In this document: positions 55,021-61,718 of the stretch, in pieces
Numbering within the stretch: the stretch's first letter is position 1
Layout of the letters: each line of letters starts with the position of its first letter
Source: a virus
Reading direction: 5' to 3' (one strand)
Length of the DNA stretch: 64,000 nt
IMG/VR virus record: IMGVR_UViG_3300035696_000014
Coordinates: 1-64,000 of that record
Notes under the pieces: generated by a model
The model's input: only the letters and a program-made list of their open reading frames with translations
The model's database searches: none
What the model was told of the DNA's origin: nothing
Program-made: the position numbers and the translations under genes

Positions 55021-55920
55021 TCAGTCTTCCTTCGTCAGCTCGGCGAAGGCCGCGTCCAGGTCCGTTGCCTTGCCCGTCGGTGCTTCCGCGTCGAGGTCTG
55101 CGTCGGCCTTCTTGCCGCCGCCACGCCCACCACGCTTCGCTTCCGCCTTGGGAGCCTCTGCCTTCGCGGCGGGCTTCACCTCGGCCTTGACCTCGTTGAC
55201 CAGCTGGTCGAGCTCGTCCTGCGGCTTGTCACCGCGTGAGGAGCCGTCGCTGTTGTCGTCGGCGCCACCGCCGGCGAGCCAGTCGTTCAGGATCTTCTCG
55301 ATCTCCTGAGGCGTCTTCTGCCGGTACATGTCGTCGATGTTCGGCACCGCCTCGAGCCACTTCTTGGCCGTCTCGGGGTCGTCGGACAGCTTGGTCGACT
55401 TCGGACGGAAGCTGACGTCGGTGTCCATGAACTGCTTGCCCTGTGCCTGGGTGATCGTCACCTTCAGGTCGAAGCCCGCCTCCGGGTCCAGGATGTCGCC
55501 GGCGTCCTCGTCGGTGAAGAAGCCGAGCAGCTTCTGGTACACCGTCTTGCCGAACGACCACACCAGGACGCCCTTGTCCTCCTGGCCGCGGACGACGATG
55601 GGCATGTACGCCCTCATCTTCGGCTGGAGCTTCTTCGCCAGCAGGCGGTCTTCCGGCTTGCCGGTGCTGTACAGCTTCCGCAGCAAGTCGTTGATGGGAT
55701 CCGGCTTGCCGAACTGCGACGGCGCCAGGATGCCCGGGTTGTTGCCGATGTAGTAGAAGCGACGCTCGACGAACGGCATGCCGTCCGGGGTCGACTTCCA
55801 GGGGAGTCCCCTGACCTTGTACTCGCCAACCGTGGGCTTCCACAGCTGGACCGATGAGTTCTTGCGCTGACCGCTCAGTTCCTGGACCCGCTTGCGGATC
55901 GCTTCGAGATCGACTGCCAT
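55021..55920 (-). CDS. Single-stranded DNA-binding protein (T4 gp32-like)
   Basis: LWKP...VRGLP, WSFGKTVY, DILDPEAGFD; acidic tail ending DLDAAFAEL. Confidence 0.8.
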   Translation of the reverse strand: MAVDLEAIRKRVQELSGQRKNSSVQLWKPTVGEYKVRGLPWKSTPDGMPFVERRFYYIGNNPGILAPSQFGKPDPINDLLRKLYSTGKPEDRLLAKKLQPKMRAYMPIVVRGQEDKGVLVWSFGKTVYQKLLGFFTDEDAGDILDPEAGFDLKVTITQAQGKQFMDTDVSFRPKSTKLSDDPETAKKWLEAVPNIDDMYRQKTPQEIEKILNDWLAGGGADDNSDGSSRGDKPQDELDQLVNEVKAEVKPAAKAEAPKAEAKRGGRGGGKKADADLDAEAPTGKATDLDAAFAELTKED

Positions 55921-55979
55921 TTCCTATTCCTCGTTCCTTTTCCTCACGGCATAGATGTCATCTGCGCCATGCAGATTGC

Positions 55980-56009
55980 ATCGTACCGTCAAGCCTGTTC
56001 TGTGTTCAA
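55980..56009 (-). promoter_or_regulatory. Promoter TTGAAC-N18-TACGAT for the ssb-recA-dut operon
   Basis: Consensus match. Confidence 0.65.
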
Positions 56010-56066
56010 GCGCAGAGCGCAAACGTCGCCACCCTGCAATCTACGTTGCAGCGGCTCCGTTGGGCA

Positions 56067-56288
56067 TCACTTTCGGGACTTGTTTTTCTTTCGGCCAAGC
56101 CTGTCAGGGTCTGAACCCGCTGGCGCCGTGTATCCCGAGATCCCGCCCACTCCGGCGAACTCATCCATCCCCTCATCCGCTTCCCCGTCACCCTCTTGCC
56201 GACCGTCCGACACAAGCTGATTTGGCACCCTTGCGAGGTGCGCCTCTACCACTTCCCGAATGTACCGCACGAGCAATCGCTTGCCCAT
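56067..56288 (-). CDS. Small probable virion protein
   Basis: MGKRLLVRYIREVVEA; GTATTTA at 56293-56299. Confidence 0.6.
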   Translation of the reverse strand: MGKRLLVRYIREVVEAHLARVPNQLVSDGRQEGDGEADEGMDEFAGVGGISGYTAPAGSDPDRLGRKKNKSRK

Positions 56289-56318
56289 GATCTAAATACA
56301 CCATCGAGGGCGGCTTGT

Positions 56319-56534
56319 CTAGGTTTTTGCCTTGGCGCAGGTGACATGATGGGCCAGCATGCGGCCGTACCCGTGGGGCAGCTTCTTCAGCTGTTCACGC
56401 CGATCCTGCGGGAACCAGTAGTCGGGGCAGGTGCACTCGACGGCGGCCTGAGCCTTGCACGCGAGACAGTTGTTGCGAGAAGCCAGAGCCTCGATGGTGT
56501 TCCAGGGCTCGCAAGTGTGTCCGCTGAAGCTCAT
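56319..56534 (-). CDS. Small Cys/His protein
   Basis: MSFSGH start coupled to the HD gene stop. Confidence 0.5.
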   Translation of the reverse strand: MSFSGHTCEPWNTIEALASRNNCLACKAQAAVECTCPDYWFPQDRREQLKKLPHGYGRMLAHHVTCAKAKT

Positions 56535-57148
56535 TCCGTCGGCCAGATGAGCCCGGGCTTCTCTTCCATCGTCGAGATGTAGTCGGCGGTCTGGACGCCG
56601 TAGACGAGGGGCCGGATCTTCAGGCAGTACTTCTTGTTCTCTTCGGGCTTGAAGCCGTCGTTGAGCTTGACGGCCAGCCACTCGTCCGTCGTCAGCTGGA
56701 TGCCGTAGTGCTGCATCACGAACAGCGAGCGGTCCGGGGTCGACAGGTACGGGAGGTCGTCGTTGTACTTGTACTCCTCGCCCATCTTGTCGGCTCGCCA
56801 CTGGTCGGTCTGGGGCAGGTAGAAGTCGTTCTCGCTGCCCTTGCCGGGCATGCCGACCTTGCCGATGTCATGGAACAGGGCCCCGATGATCATCGAGTCC
56901 TTCGGCAGCTTCCAGCCGTAGGCGTTGTTGAGGACGACGAGGTTGTTGAGCACCCGTAGCGAGTGGTCGACCAGTCCCCCGGCGAAAGCGCCGTGGTAGT
57001 CCCGCTTCGCCGACGCTGGGCACAGGCACAGCCTGTCCTCGAGATCGTCGAGCATCTCGGAAAGGGGCCGAGCACGGGTGCCCGCCTTCTCGCACAAGGA
57101 ACGAAACTTCTTCCAGTTCTGCTCGATCTGTTCCGGGGTCAACGACAT
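56531..57148 (-). CDS. HD-domain phosphohydrolase (YhaM-like HD domain)
   Basis: HGAFAGGLVDHS, HDIGK, TAD. Confidence 0.85.
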   Translation of the reverse strand: MSLTPEQIEQNWKKFRSLCEKAGTRARPLSEMLDDLEDRLCLCPASAKRDYHGAFAGGLVDHSLRVLNNLVVLNNAYGWKLPKDSMIIGALFHDIGKVGMPGKGSENDFYLPQTDQWRADKMGEEYKYNDDLPYLSTPDRSLFVMQHYGIQLTTDEWLAVKLNDGFKPEENKKYCLKIRPLVYGVQTADYISTMEEKPGLIWPTE

Positions 57149-57180
57149 GGCGAGATCCTACCGTCGCTGTGCAGCCTTGT

Positions 57181-58392
57181 TCAACACACTGGCTCGAGCC
57201 GCAGCGGGAAGTGCTGGACGTAGCCCTTGACCCTGACGTCGGTGATCTGTTGCACCGCCGGGAGCTCGTCGAGGTGGACGTCGATCAGCAGAGCATCGTG
57301 CAACGTCGCGACGGGCACCGACCTGGGCGCCGTCTGTTCTAGCCGCGTGATGACCTGGCTGAAGCCCAGCATGGTGACGTCGACACCCGTCGATTGCGCA
57401 TAGTAGTTGATGAGGACGTGGTCGAGGGGCTCGTCGACCTTGACGTGGCGCCCGTAGCGGTTCTCCAGGTGCCCCGTCGCGATGAACTGGGCCTTGATCC
57501 GCTTCAGGAGCTCGTTGGTGCGGAAGTACGCCTTCACCTGCTTGAGGAAGGTCTTCAGCTCCTTGCCCTCCATGCCGAGGTGCTTGCCCAGGACGTAGTC
57601 GTTCATCCCGTACAGCATGCTGATGACGGCACCCTTGACCACCTTGCGATCGCGTTGCAGCTCCCGGGCCATCATGCCGTAGAGGTCGGTCTCCTCACAC
57701 TTGCGGCCGTACTCGTAGAGGAGGATCCTGACCTCCAATGCTGCAAAGTCCAGAGCGAAGACCTTGCCTTGGTCTCCGTGCCGGCTGGCGATGACGTCAC
57801 GGTGTTCCCTCTTCAACGTCAGGATCTGCGGACCTGCATCGACGATGAGCCGCCCGGTCAGGGTGCCGAAGCGGTTGTAACAGATCGCGCTCGCGAAGCC
57901 GTCATCGTCAGGTTGGAACGACTTGACGGCGGGCACGTTGCCCTCCCCAGCCGCCACCAGCTCCCGCCAGCGTCCCCCGTTGACAGCCATCGGCTTCAGG
58001 CTGCGGAAGACGTAGTTTCCGGGCACCCAGACGGTCTTGTAGTAATCCAGCGGCGCCTTCTCCATGGCTGCCAGGCTACCGGAGATGATGTTTTTGGCGA
58101 AGGCACGGTGCTCCACCCCGGGCATCACCTTGGCCCAGGGCACCGGCTGGTTCCCAAGCGAACCTGACATCAGGGACATCGCCTGGGTGAACCTGGGCGG
58201 GGGCTCGGTGGGCAGGGCGATGTTGCCGAGCCGGAACGCGGTGTCGAGGCACCAGTCGCTGCTGTCCTTGCAGTGGCCGCTGAGCCACCAGGTGTCGGGC
58301 GGGACCTCAGTCACCCACTCGTATGTCCCATCAACGGCGACGAAGTGCCTGTCGGTTCCAAGGACTCGCTGGTCGATGCACAGGCGTGGCAC
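57181..58392 (-). CDS. Minimal family A DNA polymerase-fold protein
   Basis: TLTGRL, DFAALEVR (motif A), RKVVK...LYG (motif B), NYYAQST, LHDA (motif C); GTG start after TACGAT. Confidence 0.75.
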   Translation of the reverse strand: MPRLCIDQRVLGTDRHFVAVDGTYEWVTEVPPDTWWLSGHCKDSSDWCLDTAFRLGNIALPTEPPPRFTQAMSLMSGSLGNQPVPWAKVMPGVEHRAFAKNIISGSLAAMEKAPLDYYKTVWVPGNYVFRSLKPMAVNGGRWRELVAAGEGNVPAVKSFQPDDDGFASAICYNRFGTLTGRLIVDAGPQILTLKREHRDVIASRHGDQGKVFALDFAALEVRILLYEYGRKCEETDLYGMMARELQRDRKVVKGAVISMLYGMNDYVLGKHLGMEGKELKTFLKQVKAYFRTNELLKRIKAQFIATGHLENRYGRHVKVDEPLDHVLINYYAQSTGVDVTMLGFSQVITRLEQTAPRSVPVATLHDALLIDVHLDELPAVQQITDVRVKGYVQHFPLRLEPVC

Positions 58393-58426
58393 CACTCCAT
58401 CGTACCCACTTTGGGCACGCTCTACA

Positions 58427-61414
58427 TCAGGTGCTGGGGGCGCCCGGGACCGATGCGGCCAGGTTCGAGATGAAGTCCTGGATGCTGACTGGGTGCTCGA
58501 AGACGCCGTAGGCATCGGCGAAGGCAAAGACCCACTGGGTCTCGAACTTGCCGGGCCCGATGGTGTGGGTCAGGCCACCGATGCAGGTGTAGAGGTTGTC
58601 CAGCGAGGTGCCCGTCTGGAAGTCGATGAAGTACTTTTGGGCGACCATCGCAAGCGGGTTGCCGAGGGAGGTCAGGTTGAGGGTCGCCGGGACCACGCGC
58701 AGAGGGATGCCCATCCCGAAGCCTGAGCCGTTCGGGTGACCAGCGTTGTCCTGCGTCATCGTCGCCAGCATGTTGTTGGTCGACATCAATGGGTCCGCGT
58801 GCGACTGCAACGCTGCGTTGGTGACGGTCGAGCCGTTGCAACCGTAGCGGATGGTCGGGACCATCTTCGAGGCGATGTCCTTGATCTGCTGGTTGTTGGG
58901 CGGGTCAGTGAACTTCAGCAGGCCCGTCGCATCATCGTAGGTGGCGGGTGAGCCGTCGCCCGAGATGTTGTTGATGGCCTGTGCCAGTTGCTGGTTGTAC
59001 TTGGCCGCGTCTGCCGACGACATCTGGGCAGTGTCGGTCGCCGGAGCCTGGATGTAGCCCAGGCCCGTGGTGTCACGGAGCAGCAGGCCCACGGGCTTGT
59101 ACGGGTTCGTCACCTCGTCGTAGATGTGGATCCGCATGATGCGCTTGGACGCCATCGATTGGGCGCCAGCCGGTGCCTGGGTGTCGGCGTTGATGGCCGA
59201 GTAGGTGATGTAGTTCAGGATGTCAGCCTGGCCCGCGTCGGACGAACGCTGGTGCGAGACCTCGATGTACATCTTGACAGCGGGCTTCTGGAACGCACCG
59301 TACTTCGCCTGCCACTGGCCCATGAAGGAGTTCTTGCTGCCCGAATTGTCGACCTGCTTCGCCTCCGGGTTCTTCGGGTCCCAGGGCTTGTAGCCGGGCC
59401 GCATGCCGTAGCCGATGGCTCGCTCGTCCAGGATCTGGGCGTCGATGATGAGGGACAGGAAGTCCTCCAGCGTCATCCGCTCGCCACCCGTCCTAACGAC
59501 GTGGTCGCGGTACTGGTCCAGGAACATCTGCATGTCGATCGGGAACGCCGCGATGGACTGGCTGCTGATGGGCCCGCACTGCTCGTTGATCGGGTAGAAG
59601 AAGACCTGCAGCTCGTCGACGGTGTCGGCGCTGATCAGGTTCCTCATCGCAAAGACAGTGAAGATCTTGCCGAAGGACACCGCGGTCTTCCGGAACGTGG
59701 AGCTCGATGGGCTCTTGGGGGCCTGGTTGTACTGCGCCAGGGCCTGGCTCAGGTCCGAGGCGATCGTCGACTGGTTGACACCCGACTTCACTGCGTCTGG
59801 CAGGAACGGGTCAGGGCCGGTGATGCATTCCGTGAACATCGCCAGCACCGTGTCCGTCACCCGTGAGGCCAGGTTGTCGGGCAGGTTCATCTTGGTCGTC
59901 GCGTCGGTCTTGCTGTTCTTGTAGTAGTCGGTCAGCGTGGTGATCAACGTGTTGACGTCAGCAGAGTTGATGCCCTTGGTGTGGAGCAGGATGTTGCGGA
60001 GCTGCGTCACGCCCGACAGGATGTCGCTGATGTTCGAGATGTTGGTCGGCATCACGCCCTGCTCAGCTGCATCCAGCACCTGGAACGCTCGGATGTCCTT
60101 GTTGAGGCCGAGGATCGAGTTGCTGCCGTCGGTCGGGCTCAGGTTGTAGTCACGGCGGAACTTGGCGATCAGCTCGCCCACCTTGCGCAGGCTCTGGAAC
60201 TGGAACTGCAGGTCGTTGGAGTTGTCGCTGATCTTCGACGTCCGCATCTCGTTGACGCCCTTGGTGTAGAGCTGCAACGTCACCGTCATCTGCCCCACCT
60301 GGTCGAAGGAGAAGTGGCTGTTCTGGACGCCGTAGGCCTCCCGCACCAGCATGTTGTTGTTGACGAAGTCGAAGTACGGGTTGTCACCGGGCCGGACGGG
60401 CGCTCGCCAGCCGTAGGTCAGCCAGACGGTGACAGTCGGGTACAGGTCGGGCTTGATCAGCTCCGCCATCTCGCTGATGCGGCCCCTGTCATGGATCTTG
60501 ATCTGCACCTCAGCGGTGCGGTAGGTGTAGCAGCCCGCCTTCTGACCGACGGTCTTGATCGTCGCGTGTTCCAGGGTGGCGAAGGGCCGGAACGGATCGA
60601 TGACGTCGGTGTACCTGACGCCGCTTGAGCCCACCGACTGGTTGGGTTGCGGGTTCAGCATCGTCTGGGTCGCCGTGAACATCTCCATGCCCGAGTAGTC
60701 GATCTCGTCGACGGGCGGGCCGCCGTCAGTGGGAGACGAGCCTCCCGTCTGGTGGGCGCTGATCATGGCATCGTTGGGGGTCTTCGGGCTCGCAGCGCCC
60801 GTGGTGTCGACGGCGCCCAACAGGAACTTCAGGAGGCCGGGAGCCTGCAACGTGTTCTGGCTCGACCGGGTCTGGACGAACTCTACCTGCAGGAAGGGTA
60901 CCAGCTGGGCCAGCACGGTGCTGGGCATCGAGTTGAGGAAGATCTCGGCCTGTCGCACGTTGCGGGTCGACGGGCTGAAGAAGGGCGACCTGCTGACGAT
61001 CATCGACACGTCGAGCGGGTTGACGGTCGTCGGGGCAGGGAAGTCCTTGCCGACGATCTCGTAGATGCTGGCGATCTGCTGCGGGCTGCCCGTCGGGTCA
61101 GCGTACGTCAGCGATGCTTTCACGTTGCTGCCCAGGCTGGTGACGAAGCCCTGGGTGCTGTAGAAGTCGATGTACTGCGACGGATCGAAGTTCGAGCTGC
61201 CGTTGGACGCTTGTGACAGCATGTCCAGGCGGCTCTTCAGGTCGGCCGCGGTGTAGACGCCACGACCGGTGTTCGCCAGCAGGTCCTGCAGGATGCTGAA
61301 CGCGTCCTGGTACTGGACGTTAGGGTCTTGGCCCAGGTTGGGCGCCGGGGTGCCGACCATGTCAGCCGGAGTGAACTGGGTGAAGACGCCGTCGAGTGTG
61401 GTGAAGTCAGGCAT
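58427..61414 (-). CDS. Baseplate hub-like structural protein
   Basis: LTYGW and C-terminal SLGNP...DNLY...THTIGPGKFET; follows the wedge-like gene. Confidence 0.55.
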   Translation of the reverse strand: MPDFTTLDGVFTQFTPADMVGTPAPNLGQDPNVQYQDAFSILQDLLANTGRGVYTAADLKSRLDMLSQASNGSSNFDPSQYIDFYSTQGFVTSLGSNVKASLTYADPTGSPQQIASIYEIVGKDFPAPTTVNPLDVSMIVSRSPFFSPSTRNVRQAEIFLNSMPSTVLAQLVPFLQVEFVQTRSSQNTLQAPGLLKFLLGAVDTTGAASPKTPNDAMISAHQTGGSSPTDGGPPVDEIDYSGMEMFTATQTMLNPQPNQSVGSSGVRYTDVIDPFRPFATLEHATIKTVGQKAGCYTYRTAEVQIKIHDRGRISEMAELIKPDLYPTVTVWLTYGWRAPVRPGDNPYFDFVNNNMLVREAYGVQNSHFSFDQVGQMTVTLQLYTKGVNEMRTSKISDNSNDLQFQFQSLRKVGELIAKFRRDYNLSPTDGSNSILGLNKDIRAFQVLDAAEQGVMPTNISNISDILSGVTQLRNILLHTKGINSADVNTLITTLTDYYKNSKTDATTKMNLPDNLASRVTDTVLAMFTECITGPDPFLPDAVKSGVNQSTIASDLSQALAQYNQAPKSPSSSTFRKTAVSFGKIFTVFAMRNLISADTVDELQVFFYPINEQCGPISSQSIAAFPIDMQMFLDQYRDHVVRTGGERMTLEDFLSLIIDAQILDERAIGYGMRPGYKPWDPKNPEAKQVDNSGSKNSFMGQWQAKYGAFQKPAVKMYIEVSHQRSSDAGQADILNYITYSAINADTQAPAGAQSMASKRIMRIHIYDEVTNPYKPVGLLLRDTTGLGYIQAPATDTAQMSSADAAKYNQQLAQAINNISGDGSPATYDDATGLLKFTDPPNNQQIKDIASKMVPTIRYGCNGSTVTNAALQSHADPLMSTNNMLATMTQDNAGHPNGSGFGMGIPLRVVPATLNLTSLGNPLAMVAQKYFIDFQTGTSLDNLYTCIGGLTHTIGPGKFETQWVFAFADAYGVFEHPVSIQDFISNLAASVPGAPST

Positions 61415-61417
61415 GCG

Positions 61418-61711
61418 TCACCCCACCAGCGACGCCACGTCACGCAGCGCCGGGACCTTGATGATGGTGCCGGGCGGCACCTGCAGCCCCCAACCGATGT
61501 TGCTGGCAGCAGCCAGGATCCACCAGTAGCGAGCGTCACCGTAGATGGCACCAGCCATGGTGTCCAGCCGCTCGCGGCCGCGGAGGACGAACGACTTGGT
61601 CTGCATCGACCCGTTCGCGATCGCTGCCTGGATCGCCTCCCGCGCGCGGCCCGTTCCACGGAGAGCTCCGTAGTTGAGGATGGGGGTCCTAGCGTAGCGT
61701 GAGAAGGGCAT
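61418..61711 (-). CDS. Baseplate wedge / LysM-like (gp53 or tail X-like) protein
   Basis: RLDTMAGAIYGDARYWWILA...PGTIIKVP. Confidence 0.75.
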   Translation of the reverse strand: MPFSRYARTPILNYGALRGTGRAREAIQAAIANGSMQTKSFVLRGRERLDTMAGAIYGDARYWWILAAASNIGWGLQVPPGTIIKVPALRDVASLVG

Positions 61712-61718
61712 GGTTCAC

